Source of the DNA: Candidatus Anstonellaceae archaeon
GTDB taxonomy: Archaea > Micrarchaeota > Micrarchaeia > Anstonellales > Anstonellaceae
Assembly: GCA_038891055.1 (NCBI GenBank)
Contig: JAWAEU010000005.1
Coordinates: 19,330 to 83,329, forward strand
Direction of reading: 5' to 3'
DNA length: 64,000 nt
Every line of letters begins with the position of its first letter. The stretch's first letter is position 1. Below, in pieces: positions 48,749-58,154 of this stretch. The notes under the pieces are model-generated. The model saw only the letters and a program-made list of their open reading frames with translations. It was not told the origin of the DNA and did not search any database. Both the position numbers and the translations under genes were made by a program.

Positions 48749-50020
48749 ATGGCAAAAAAAGAACACCTAAATTTGATCTTTATAGGACATGTGGACCATG
48801 GTAAGTCCACTACAGTCGGTAGGATTTTATATGAGACAGGTGCTCTTAGTGAGCAACAACTCAGAAAGCTAAAAGAAGAAGCAGAAAAATTAGGTAAGGC
48901 AACATTTGAATTTGCTTTCACCATGGATACTCTAAAAGAAGAAAGAGAGAGAGGAGTTACTATTGATATTTCTCACAAAGAGTTTGAAACAGAAAAATTC
49001 TTCTTTACTATTATTGATGCCCCAGGCCACAGAGACTTTGTAAAAAATATGATAACTGGAGCATCTCAAGCAGATGCTGCTGTAATCGTTTGTTCTGCAA
49101 AAGAAGGAGTACAAGCTCAAACAAAGGAACATGCTTTCTTAGCAAAAGTTTTAGGTATAAAACAATTTATTGTTGGAATTAACAAAATGGATGCTATTGA
49201 TTGGAACCAATCTAGGTACAACGAGGTAGTATTTGAACTAAAAAAACTACTAAAAAATATCGGTTATAACGTAGATGCTATACCCTTTATTCCATATTCA
49301 GCATATCAGGGAGGAAATATAAAAACTAGGTCGGATAAAACTCCTTGGTATACTGGTCCAACTCTTCTAGAAGCATTTGATAAATTAACAGTTCCTGAAA
49401 AACCAATCAACAAGCCACTCAGGATGCCAATCCAGGATGTTTATTCTATTACTGGGCATGGTACTGTGCCTGTTGGAAGAGTAGAATCTGGAGTAATGAA
49501 ACCAGGAATGCAAATTATTTTCATGCCTTCTGGCATAAAATCTGAAGTAAAAAAAATAGAGATGCACCACAAAGAAATTCCAGAAGCAATTCCAGGCGAT
49601 AACATTGGTTTTAATGTCAAAGGTGTAGATAAAAACCAACTAAAAAGAGGAGAAGTAGTAGGTCCAGTGGATAATCCACCCACAGTAGCAGAAGAATTTA
49701 AAGCTCAAATTGTGGTATTGGATCACCCAACAGCAATTGCAAAGGGTTATACTCCAGTATTTCACATGCACACAGCACAAGTTGCCTGTACATTTGTAGA
49801 ATTATTAGAAAAGAAAGATCCAAAAACTGGGCAGACAATCCAGCAAAATCCAGACTTTATAAAAACCGGTGATATTGCAGTAGTAAGAATAAAGCCATCT
49901 AGACCAGTGGTAGTAGAAAAATTCTCAGAGTTTCCAGCTTTGGGAAGATTTGCAATTAGAGATATGGGCCAAACAGTTGCAGCAGGAGTGGTTTTAGACG
50001 TGGTTCCAAAGAAAATGTAA
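48749..50020 (+). CDS. tuf: translation elongation factor 1-alpha (aEF-1A / EF-Tu)
   Basis: 423 aa. 'GHVDHGKST', 'DAPGH', 'NKMD' GTPase motifs and full archaeal EF-1A architecture. Confidence 0.95.
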   Translation: MAKKEHLNLIFIGHVDHGKSTTVGRILYETGALSEQQLRKLKEEAEKLGKATFEFAFTMDTLKEERERGVTIDISHKEFETEKFFFTIIDAPGHRDFVKNMITGASQADAAVIVCSAKEGVQAQTKEHAFLAKVLGIKQFIVGINKMDAIDWNQSRYNEVVFELKKLLKNIGYNVDAIPFIPYSAYQGGNIKTRSDKTPWYTGPTLLEAFDKLTVPEKPINKPLRMPIQDVYSITGHGTVPVGRVESGVMKPGMQIIFMPSGIKSEVKKIEMHHKEIPEAIPGDNIGFNVKGVDKNQLKRGEVVGPVDNPPTVAEEFKAQIVVLDHPTAIAKGYTPVFHMHTAQVACTFVELLEKKDPKTGQTIQQNPDFIKTGDIAVVRIKPSRPVVVEKFSEFPALGRFAIRDMGQTVAAGVVLDVVPKKM

Positions 50021-50039
50021 ATTAGTTTGGTGATTATAA

Positions 50040-50345
50040 TTGGGAAAAGCACGCATTAAGTTAATTGGAAGGTCTGCAGAAGAAGTAGATGGAGTTTGTC
50101 AACAAATAATTCAAATAGCAAAGGCAACCGGTGTAGAAATTTCAGGCCCAGTTTATCTTCCACTTCGCAGGCTAGTAATTACAACTAGAAAAACTCCATG
50201 TGGGGACGGCTCAGACACTTACGAGCACTGGGAGATGAGATTACATAAAAGAATTATTGATATAGAAGGAGATGAGAGAACATTAAGACAGATAATGAGA
50301 GTAAAAGTTCCTGATAGTTTGCATGTAAAAATAAGTCTAAAATAA
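50040..50345 (+). CDS. rps10: 30S ribosomal protein S10
   Basis: 101 aa. 'ARIKLIGRSAEEVDGVCQQII...SGPVYLPLRRL' fits S10. It sits directly after tuf as in the conserved archaeal tuf-rps10 unit. Probably uses a non-ATG (TTG/ATT) start. Confidence 0.9.
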   Translation: MGKARIKLIGRSAEEVDGVCQQIIQIAKATGVEISGPVYLPLRRLVITTRKTPCGDGSDTYEHWEMRLHKRIIDIEGDERTLRQIMRVKVPDSLHVKISLK

Positions 50346-50382
50346 GCATCTATTTTTTATTTTTTTCTTTTTATTTATAATT

Positions 50383-50447
50383 TATTGATGAAAAGACGAC
50401 TTCAGATGGATCTTCCCAAATGAAGAAAATGACTTGACTCTGAAAGA
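50383..50447 (+). ncRNA. candidate C/D-box sRNA (2'-O-methylation guide)
   Basis: Intergenic between rps10 and the KH gene: C box 'TTGATGA' (50385-50391), 12-nt spacer, D'-like 'CAGATGG', C'-like 'ATGAAGA', about 13-nt guide, D box 'CTGA' (50440-50443). Total about 60 nt, the usual archaeal size. Confidence 0.3.
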
Positions 50448-50466
50448 TTTTATTTAGCTGATCTTT

Positions 50467-51018
50467 ATGCAAGAGGAGGATGTGCATTATTTAAAATTTT
50501 CACCAAAAAGACTTGCAGTATTAGAAGGTAGTCAAAATTCTACCTTAAAACTATTGGAAAAAAACTTAAATGTAAAAATCTATGTTTTGGGAGACGGGCA
50601 AGTTGAAATAAGGGGAGCAGCAGTAGATGTCTTTTTTTCCATCCCTGTACTTAGAGCAATTTCTAGGGGATTTGAGCCGCATGTTGCTTTAAAACTAAAA
50701 AATGAAAATTATGGTTTTAATTTAATCGATCTAAAAGACTATGCAAAAACAAAAGCTCAGCTCGTAAGACTAAAAGGGAGAATAATTGGAAAAAAAGGCA
50801 AAGCAAAAAGAATTTTAGAGCAACAAGCAGAGTGTGATATCGCTGTTTTTGGCCACACTATTGGAATAATAGCAAATTTAGAAACTTTAGATGTAGCAAC
50901 AAATGCTATTTTCAAATTAATCGAAGGAGTACCGCACTCTGGAGTTTATCTTTATTTAGAAAAAAACAAAAAATGGAGAAGAGAAAAAGAAAAACTAGAT
51001 AATATAAAAATGGTATAA
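50467..51018 (+). CDS. KH-domain RNA-binding protein, Pno1/Dim2-like ribosome biogenesis factor
   Basis: 183 aa. KH motif 'LKGRIIGKKGKAKRILE', with size and architecture as archaeal Dim2. Confidence 0.7.
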   Translation: MQEEDVHYLKFSPKRLAVLEGSQNSTLKLLEKNLNVKIYVLGDGQVEIRGAAVDVFFSIPVLRAISRGFEPHVALKLKNENYGFNLIDLKDYAKTKAQLVRLKGRIIGKKGKAKRILEQQAECDIAVFGHTIGIIANLETLDVATNAIFKLIEGVPHSGVYLYLEKNKKWRREKEKLDNIKMV

Positions 51019-51090
51019 TTTTTAAAATACAGCAAGGGTTTTTAAATTCTTTTATCATTTTATTTTTTAAGCGACCAGGAAGGGATTTAA

Positions 51091-52743
51091 ATGGATTCAG
51101 ATAGCATTTTTAAGAATTTTAAGGAACATTCTGTTGCAGAATTTTTTAGAAAAAATAAGCAAATGCTTGGGTTTTCTGGAAAAATAAGATCTCTCACTAC
51201 CATAGTGCACGAATATGTAACTAATTCACTTGATGCTTGTGAAGAAGCTCAAATCTTGCCTGATATAGATGTGCAAATTTTAGAGGAAGGAGAATTTTAT
51301 AGGGTGATTGTAAAAGATAATGGCCCAGGTATACCAAGAGAGCATTTAGGAAAAGCATTAGGTCAAATGCTAGCAGGCACAAAATTTCATCGCTATATTC
51401 AACAGAGAGGGCAGCAGGGAATAGGAGCTGCTGGCTGTACACTATATGCCCAACTTACTTCAGGAAAGCCAATTTATGTAGTATCTCATTATAATAATCA
51501 GGTAATAAAATGCAATATTTCTATAGATGTGAGAACAAACAGCCCAATAATTTCAAACGAGATTGTAGAAGAAAACAAAGATGGTACTCATGGCTTGTAT
51601 ATAGAAGGTATTTTTGGAGAAGTAAAATATGACAAATCACAGCAAGGTCCATACGAATATATAAAAAGAACTGCACTTGCAAATCCTCATCTTACGATTT
51701 CTATATTAGAACCAAATGGTAATAGAACCACTTTTTCTAGATCAACTGACAAAATTCCTTCAAGACCACTAGAGGTTTTACCTCATCCTCTTGGTGTTGG
51801 AATTGCTGATTTATTTGAATTAGCTCACAACCAAAAAGATCACAGAACTCTCAAAGGATTTTTACAACACTCATTTCAGAGAATATCATCTCAAAAAATA
51901 GAAGAAATTCAAAAACTTGTAAATGGTACTGTACCAGGTATAATTTTTGTAGATCTGCTAAAAAATCCATCTGAGTTGACTTGGGAAGAAGCAGAAGCTT
52001 TAGTGAAAGCCTTTTCTAAAATAAAATGGGTAGCTCCTTCCTCTGATTGTTTGAGGCCAATTGGAGCAGAGCGAATTCAATCGTCTTTAGCAAGTATTTT
52101 GTCTCCAGATTTTATAGTAGTTAGTCAGAGGCCTAGTAAAATTTATAGGGGAGGAATTCCATTTTTAGTAGAAGCAGCTTTGGCTTGGGGAGGAAATGCA
52201 GGAAGAATTCTACAAAATTCAGAAGTAACTTATGATATTGTAAGGTATGCAAACTCAGCCCCGCTGTTGTTTGATTCTTATGCTTGTGCTATTAGTCAGG
52301 CAGTTAAAGATATTGATTGGAAGAGATATCAAATAAAAGATATCGAGCATTCCCCCCTCACTATTTTTGTTAATTTTGTATCTGTGCATGTACCATATAT
52401 CTCTACAGGCAAACAAGCTATTTCTCCAGAAGAAGAAATACTGCAAGAAATAAAATATGCACTAATGGATTGTGCAAGAAGATTGCAATCCTACATTTCG
52501 GGGGTGAATAGAGAGAGAGAAATTCAAAGCAGAAAAAATGTAATTTTGCGCTATGTCTCAGAAGTTTCTAAAGATTTAGCAGAATTATCAGAAATTGCTT
52601 CTAAAGAAGAATTAGAAAAAAGATTAAAGGAAATGGTTGAAACAAAATACCTAACAAAACTTTTAGACGACTCTGCAGATGAAGAGGAGCAAAAATCACA
52701 AGAGAAGGAAATTAGCCCAGATGAAGAAGAAAAAGAAGAATAA
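51091..52743 (+). CDS. top6B: DNA topoisomerase VI subunit B
   Basis: 550 aa. GHKL Bergerat ATP-binding fold ('HEYVTNSLDA', 'VKDNGPGIP', 'GQQGIGAAG') and acidic C-terminal tail. Confidence 0.9.
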   Translation: MDSDSIFKNFKEHSVAEFFRKNKQMLGFSGKIRSLTTIVHEYVTNSLDACEEAQILPDIDVQILEEGEFYRVIVKDNGPGIPREHLGKALGQMLAGTKFHRYIQQRGQQGIGAAGCTLYAQLTSGKPIYVVSHYNNQVIKCNISIDVRTNSPIISNEIVEENKDGTHGLYIEGIFGEVKYDKSQQGPYEYIKRTALANPHLTISILEPNGNRTTFSRSTDKIPSRPLEVLPHPLGVGIADLFELAHNQKDHRTLKGFLQHSFQRISSQKIEEIQKLVNGTVPGIIFVDLLKNPSELTWEEAEALVKAFSKIKWVAPSSDCLRPIGAERIQSSLASILSPDFIVVSQRPSKIYRGGIPFLVEAALAWGGNAGRILQNSEVTYDIVRYANSAPLLFDSYACAISQAVKDIDWKRYQIKDIEHSPLTIFVNFVSVHVPYISTGKQAISPEEEILQEIKYALMDCARRLQSYISGVNREREIQSRKNVILRYVSEVSKDLAELSEIASKEELEKRLKEMVETKYLTKLLDDSADEEEQKSQEKEISPDEEEKEE

Positions 52744-52760
52744 ATTTTTGGGGTGAGTCT

Positions 52761-53891
52761 ATGAGACAAAAAATTAAAAAAGATTTGATAAAACAGGATA
52801 GCTCTATTGTTATAAAAAAGCTCGAGGATTTTGGCTCAAAATTAGTGCAAGATATAAAAAGTGGTCAATCTCCTACTTTTGAAATACCACTACGCTCAAA
52901 ATCAAATGTTTTTTTTGATGAACAATTAAACTATTTAAGGTTAGGGGAAAAAAAGGAAAAAAGGACATTCCTAAGTGCAGCACAAGCAAAAAAATTTATG
53001 CAAACAATAGCAATAGCAAATAAATGTAAAAAATTTTTGAAAGAAAACTCACACACTTCTATAAGGGGTTTGTTTTATCAACTAAAATTTTCTTTAGGTG
53101 ATGATTTAGATGAGGAGTTATTCTCTGAACAATCAGAATCAAATCCACTAATAGAGGATTTAGAAGTATCTTTAAATGTAAAGAGAGAGGACTTAAATTT
53201 AAATACTGATAGAAAGGGAGTAGTTGCAGGTAATATGGTATTAAAAGACAGTTTTGGAGGAGAAGAGACGATTATTGATTGCTCCAAGCAAGGGAGGTCT
53301 GGATGGATGATTCCTTCAGATGTGGATAATGGAATGGAAATAATGAGTTTGGAGGCAGATTATGTTTTAGTAGTAGAAAAGGACGCTATGTGGCAAAGAT
53401 TAAATGAAGATAAATTTTGGAAAAAAGAAAATTGTATTTTGATCACCCCCAAGGGCCAAGCTTCTAGGGGGTGTAGAAGATTAATAAAAAAACTCTCAGA
53501 TCTAAATTTACCAATCTATATATTTACTGATTGTGATGCATGGGGTTGGTATATCTATTGGACAATAAAAACAGGTTCAATGAATTTGGCATATATTGCA
53601 GATAGTATCGCCACTCCAAATGCAAAATTTGTTGGAGTTACCATGAGAGATATAAAAGACTACGACTTTTTAAAGAATTTAACAATAAATGCAAAAGAAG
53701 TCGATTTAAAAAGGGCAGAAGAAATGCTAAGTTATGATTGGATAAAGCGCTATCCCCAGTGGGTAGAGGAATTAAAAATAGTACTAAAGACAAAAAAGAA
53801 ATTAGAACAAGATGCACTTCAAGGCCCAAGTTTATCTTTTGTTGGAAAATATCTAAAAGAAAAAATCGAGCAAAAGAAGTTTTTGCCCTAA
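52761..53891 (+). CDS. top6A: DNA topoisomerase VI subunit A (Spo11 homolog)
   Basis: 376 aa. Toprim region 'YIFTDCDAWGWYIYWTIKTGS' with conserved acidic residues, and winged-helix N-domain. Confidence 0.9.
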   Translation: MRQKIKKDLIKQDSSIVIKKLEDFGSKLVQDIKSGQSPTFEIPLRSKSNVFFDEQLNYLRLGEKKEKRTFLSAAQAKKFMQTIAIANKCKKFLKENSHTSIRGLFYQLKFSLGDDLDEELFSEQSESNPLIEDLEVSLNVKREDLNLNTDRKGVVAGNMVLKDSFGGEETIIDCSKQGRSGWMIPSDVDNGMEIMSLEADYVLVVEKDAMWQRLNEDKFWKKENCILITPKGQASRGCRRLIKKLSDLNLPIYIFTDCDAWGWYIYWTIKTGSMNLAYIADSIATPNAKFVGVTMRDIKDYDFLKNLTINAKEVDLKRAEEMLSYDWIKRYPQWVEELKIVLKTKKKLEQDALQGPSLSFVGKYLKEKIEQKKFLP

Positions 53892-53953
53892 ATATTTTTT
53901 ATTTGCTATAAATAGAGCTAATCTTTTTATTTTTATTTGAGCTTATTATTTTT

Positions 53954-55231
53954 ATGTCTGATTCTATTGGTGTGGAGAGCACTCTACCCTCAGTCGTATT
54001 AACTAAAGAGGCAAATGATTTTTTAGACGAACTGGTTTTATCTAAATCTTCAAATGATCAAATAATTGAGAAATTATCGGATCTAAAAGATAAAATGTTA
54101 ATGATGGGATTCAATTCTCCTTTTAGAGCTATGGTTTTTAAAACTTATAGGGAATTTGTTGAAAATTCTAAATCTGATTTGTTAGATCAAAAAAAGCAAA
54201 AAAGCTATTTTGTTTATTTAGCCTCTTTAAAAAAATTTACACTCAATAGAGTAGCTGTAGCTTATGCAGCCCACAAATTAAAAAATTCTTTAGAAAAGTT
54301 AGGTTATGGCTATTTGGTTGAATTTCTCCCCTATGGCGGAGAATATCGCCAAAAGCTATTAGATATTTATGCTTTAGAATCTTATTTATACTTGCAGGAG
54401 TTGTTTAAGCCACTAAAGCTAGAGCATCAACCAAATAAGTTAATTAATTTTGATAAACACTACAAAATTTTTACAAGAAAATCATTGATTTTTAAATCGT
54501 ATGCTTCTAAGGTAGCACTTTTTTGTGCAATTGCAAATTTTGCTGCAAAAAAAGTAAAAGAGGAACTGAACCTATCTATTCCCCCCGAAGTTAGTGAATA
54601 TAATAAAATTCTAAAAAGCTATGGTTTTGTTGAGGATGCTGTAATCACATCTATAGAGAATTATCCAAATTTATTTGAACAACTAAAAGAAAAAAAATTT
54701 TTGTTAAAATCAAAAGATAGTTTTTATTTAGATCCAGATTTAGAGGCAAAATTAAATAAAAGAAGAAATGAGAAAAAAAATAAAACAATCTTATATTCTG
54801 CAGAAATTCTATTTAATTTGTTGTTTGATTATTATCTTATCACAAATTTAGCCGCAAGAGAATCTACTGTGGTTTTATATTCTGTTAGTCCAAATCCACC
54901 AAAGGAGCATTTAGAGGTTTTAGACGAGCTCTGCCCACAAAAAGATTTTTCTCCTTCATTTTTTTTAGAAGAAAAATTTTTATTAGAAAAACAAAAAGTC
55001 CCGCTCAACCCAAAATTAGTTGGAGTTTCCTTTTTTTGTATAAAGGCAAATAAAGATCCTCAAGAGATGGCAAAAAGATATGATTTAGATTATCAAGAAC
55101 TTCAAGAGGCAATATTTTTAATAAAGGATATTATTGAAAATAAAGATCAAAAGCTTTCAATCTTTTTAGAAAGTCTTAAATCTGAGGATGAGAATGATAA
55201 TTCTAAAGGGGAAGAGAAAGGAAATATTTGA
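53954..55231 (+). CDS. hypothetical protein
   Basis: 425 aa with no recognisable motif. Co-directional, directly after top6A. Confidence 0.4.
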   Translation: MSDSIGVESTLPSVVLTKEANDFLDELVLSKSSNDQIIEKLSDLKDKMLMMGFNSPFRAMVFKTYREFVENSKSDLLDQKKQKSYFVYLASLKKFTLNRVAVAYAAHKLKNSLEKLGYGYLVEFLPYGGEYRQKLLDIYALESYLYLQELFKPLKLEHQPNKLINFDKHYKIFTRKSLIFKSYASKVALFCAIANFAAKKVKEELNLSIPPEVSEYNKILKSYGFVEDAVITSIENYPNLFEQLKEKKFLLKSKDSFYLDPDLEAKLNKRRNEKKNKTILYSAEILFNLLFDYYLITNLAARESTVVLYSVSPNPPKEHLEVLDELCPQKDFSPSFFLEEKFLLEKQKVPLNPKLVGVSFFCIKANKDPQEMAKRYDLDYQELQEAIFLIKDIIENKDQKLSIFLESLKSEDENDNSKGEEKGNI

Positions 55232-55586
55232 ATTGATAAAATCCTCTCCTAAAGATATAGCAGAAGTAAAAATTTTAGTAAAGCCATCTAAAAAATTATT
55301 TTTTTATATTCTAAAATATCTCCCAAATATTCAGAGAATTTATGTTTCTGAGGGCATATACAAAACTATTTCAAAAAAGATAGTGGCAGCTCTAAATAGG
55401 GCTTCAGTAGAGGTAGTTGTATTTTCAGCTAAAGTTGGAAGGCCGGAGGTTTTTCCTTCATCTAAAAAAAATCAAGCTTTAGAGTTAATAAAACAAAATC
55501 TACCAGCCAAACAAATTTCACAATCAACTGCACTCCCACTCTCCACGATTTATTTTTTAAGAAAAAAATACAAAAACCGCCTATAA
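55188..55586 (+). CDS. small hypothetical protein with C-terminal HTH-like segment
   Basis: 132 aa overlapping the previous ORF by 44 nt. The C-terminus 'LPAKQISQSTALPLSTIYFLRKK' resembles a short HTH. Confidence 0.3.
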   Translation: MRMIILKGKRKEIFELIKSSPKDIAEVKILVKPSKKLFFYILKYLPNIQRIYVSEGIYKTISKKIVAALNRASVEVVVFSAKVGRPEVFPSSKKNQALELIKQNLPAKQISQSTALPLSTIYFLRKKYKNRL

Positions 55587-56219
55587 TCTCATTTTACAAA
55601 TTTTATTTATAGGGCAAATAGAGCAGGTCGGATTTCTTGCTTTACAATATTTTCTTCCATGAGCAATCATCAAATTAGTATAAATGCCCCAATATTTTTT
55701 TGGGATTATTTCCATTAGTTCTTTTTCAATTTTTAGTGGGCTGTATCTATTTGTAGTTATACCAATTCTATATGAAACTCTAGAACAATGGGTATCAACA
55801 GCCACTCCTTCAGTCTTGTTATATCCAAAATAAAGTACTATATTTGCAGTTTTTCTTCCTACTCCATCTAATTTTATTAGCTCTTGCATAGTGGATGGGA
55901 CTTTTTTTACTTTTAAAATTTTCTTGGAAGTGTTTATTATATACTTTGCTTTTTGTTTGTAATAACCAACAGGCCTTATTATTTTTTCAACATCTTCTCT
56001 ACAAGCTTTTGCTAATTTTTGCGGATTAGGATATTTTTTGAAGAGAAGGTCGGTTACTTTGTTTACTCTCTCATCTGTAGTTTGGGCTGAAAGTATTACA
56101 GCTATAAGTAGCTGAAAAACATTTTTATATTTTAATTTTGTTTTTGGATTTTTGTAGATCCTACTTAAAGCCTTTATAACTCTTAGGGCGAGTTTTTTTC
56201 TAATCTTCAAACTCTCCAT
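55581..56219 (-). CDS. nth: endonuclease III (Nth), HhH-GPD DNA glycosylase with [4Fe-4S] cluster
   Basis: 212 aa. HhH 'LIKLDGVGRKTANIV', catalytic Lys/Asp context, C-terminal 'CKARNPTCSICPINKIC' (C-x6-C-x2-C-x5-C). Confidence 0.85.
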   Translation of the reverse strand: MESLKIRKKLALRVIKALSRIYKNPKTKLKYKNVFQLLIAVILSAQTTDERVNKVTDLLFKKYPNPQKLAKACREDVEKIIRPVGYYKQKAKYIINTSKKILKVKKVPSTMQELIKLDGVGRKTANIVLYFGYNKTEGVAVDTHCSRVSYRIGITTNRYSPLKIEKELMEIIPKKYWGIYTNLMIAHGRKYCKARNPTCSICPINKICKMRL

Positions 56220-57177
56220 CTAATATTTCCACTCCATCCTTTTGCACCAATAGCGTATGCTCAAATTGTGAGACAAGGCCATCTCTTGCCTCTCTTAGTA
56301 CATAATAGGGATGCAAACATCCCTCTTCAAGTAGTTCTTTTAGTGAAGCATTTAGTAAAAGGGTTGTTTTTATCATCCCACTTATCCATCTCCTTGCAAA
56401 AGGTAAGCCTTTATATTTTAACAATAATTTAGTAAATAATTCCCTACTAGAGCGCATCCTAAGCTTTCCCCCACTAATAATAGAATATATTTCTACATTT
56501 GGAGTTTCTACTACTCTTCCCTCTCCATTAGTTGCAAAAGGCTCTATTGCAACAATATCTCCCTCTCTAAAATAATAACTATCTTCTTTAGCTATGTTTG
56601 GTATATCTATTCCAGCATGCAAGTTATATTTTTCTATTAAGTGGCCAGTTAAATTTGTTATTGGTCTAAATCCATACTCCTTTATTTTTTCTTCTATTTT
56701 TTTCCCTACCTCTCCATCCCCTACTCCTTCCTTTATTGTTTGAATGGCAACTTTTAGTGCTTCTTTTGAGGCTTTAAGTAATTTTTCATTCTTTTCTGAT
56801 AAATCTATAGTAATGGCATTATCTACAATGCAACCATCAATCTGAACTCCAAAATCAACCTTTACAATATCTTCGTCTTTTATAGTTGTCTGATCTTCAA
56901 TTTGAGGAGTATAGTGGGCAGCTATCTGGTTTATTGAGAGATTAACTGGAAAGGCTGGCTCCCCACCTTCATCTCTTATCATTTTTTCTATTGTTTCAGC
57001 AATATCTAAAAGGGTTTCTCCAGGATTTACTAAATTCTTGAGATGCTTTCTTATCTTTTCTGTAATTTTACCTGCCTTTTTATATTTTTCTAAATCCTTC
57101 CAATAATTTTCTTCTCTCTCCTCTATTTCTTCATGCGTAAAATTTTTTTCATTTTCTTCTTCTATCATCTTTTTCAT
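56200..57177 (-). CDS. map: methionine aminopeptidase, type 2 (archaeal)
   Basis: 325 aa. 'AAHYTP', 'DFGVQIDGCIVDNAIT', 'GHLIEKYNLHAG' metal-ligand motifs of MAP2. Confidence 0.9.
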   Translation of the reverse strand: MKKMIEEENEKNFTHEEIEEREENYWKDLEKYKKAGKITEKIRKHLKNLVNPGETLLDIAETIEKMIRDEGGEPAFPVNLSINQIAAHYTPQIEDQTTIKDEDIVKVDFGVQIDGCIVDNAITIDLSEKNEKLLKASKEALKVAIQTIKEGVGDGEVGKKIEEKIKEYGFRPITNLTGHLIEKYNLHAGIDIPNIAKEDSYYFREGDIVAIEPFATNGEGRVVETPNVEIYSIISGGKLRMRSSRELFTKLLLKYKGLPFARRWISGMIKTTLLLNASLKELLEEGCLHPYYVLREARDGLVSQFEHTLLVQKDGVEILDGEFED

Positions 57178-57829
57178 CCTCCCTTATTTTTTTTAGAATT
57201 TCCAAAAAGTCATAATCCTTTTCTGCCGCATCAGCTAAATATTTTTTGTTTTTAATCTTTATTATTTTTATACCTAATTGTTTTGGAATTTTCCAATCTT
57301 TTATAGGGTGGTCTCCTACCATCAATACATTTTCTTTTTTTAGTTTGAGCTTTTTTAGTAATTGTTTATAAAATTTTTTTGTTTTTTTTGCAGTTATAAA
57401 AAAATCATCGAAGTATTTTTCTATTCCAAGTCTAATTATTTTTTCCCATTGCTTTTTTTTAATCCCTTCACTCACTAAGTACAGTTTGTATTTATTTTTT
57501 AATATTTTTAAGACTTTTTTTACATTTTTATATAATTTTATTTTTCTTTTTGTCTTGTGATAAGCAATTATTCCAGCCGCAATTATTTTTTCTTTATGTT
57601 TTTGGTTTTTTGAAATCTTATTTAATAATTTGTCAAAATGAAATTGGTAATTTGAACCATACTTTTTAATTATTCTATCCAGTTCCTCTAAACCCTCTTG
57701 TTGTGTTGTTTTAAGCCCATATCTTATCATATTTTTTATAGCGTTCTCTCTTGCCAACTTAGCATAGTACCTAGTGGGATAAAGTGTATTGTCTAAGTCA
57801 AAAAATATTGCTTTTATTTTTTTTTCCAT
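57149..57829 (-). CDS. HAD-superfamily hydrolase
   Basis: 226 aa. Motif I 'IFFDLDNTL', motif IV 'MVGDHPIKD'. Confidence 0.75.
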   Translation of the reverse strand: MEKKIKAIFFDLDNTLYPTRYYAKLARENAIKNMIRYGLKTTQQEGLEELDRIIKKYGSNYQFHFDKLLNKISKNQKHKEKIIAAGIIAYHKTKRKIKLYKNVKKVLKILKNKYKLYLVSEGIKKKQWEKIIRLGIEKYFDDFFITAKKTKKFYKQLLKKLKLKKENVLMVGDHPIKDWKIPKQLGIKIIKIKNKKYLADAAEKDYDFLEILKKIREDEKDDRRRK

Positions 57830-57865
57830 TATTTAATTTTTTACTTTTATCTAAAAAAAGCTTTT

Positions 57866-57960
57866 GTCTACTCTAAGGGTGGGCTTGGTACACCGTCAAA
57901 GCGGCTCCAACCCCACCTCCCACATATTTCCCCAACCATTTTTGTTGGGATTTAATTATA
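57866..57960. other. GC-rich island forming an imperfect 11-bp hairpin (GGTGGGCTTGG ... CCAACCCCACC); possible small structured RNA or terminator
   Basis: About 95 nt of markedly higher G+C than the flanks, lying between the 3' end of the 58155 gene and the start of the HAD gene. The stem-loop is seen directly. There is no tRNA-like T-arm and no C/D boxes. Confidence 0.25.
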
Positions 57961-58154
57961 GAACAAAAAAATTTAAAAGGGTTTTTTTGTTTTCTCTTAT
58001 AACTGGCGCTAAATTTTTATTTTTATTTTATCAAACAAACTTACTACTATTAAAAAGTTTATCAATTAAAATTCAAAATTAGCTTTTATAAAAACAAAAA
58101 AGTTTTGCTTAAAAAAATAAAAATTAAAAATAAATAAATAAAAAAGAAAGAGGT

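Noticed and set aside
57864-58082. 72-aa ORF in the spacer
   Set aside because: Overlaps the GC-rich hairpin island, has no SD or start context, and the composition-driven open frame is more likely RNA or structural than coding.
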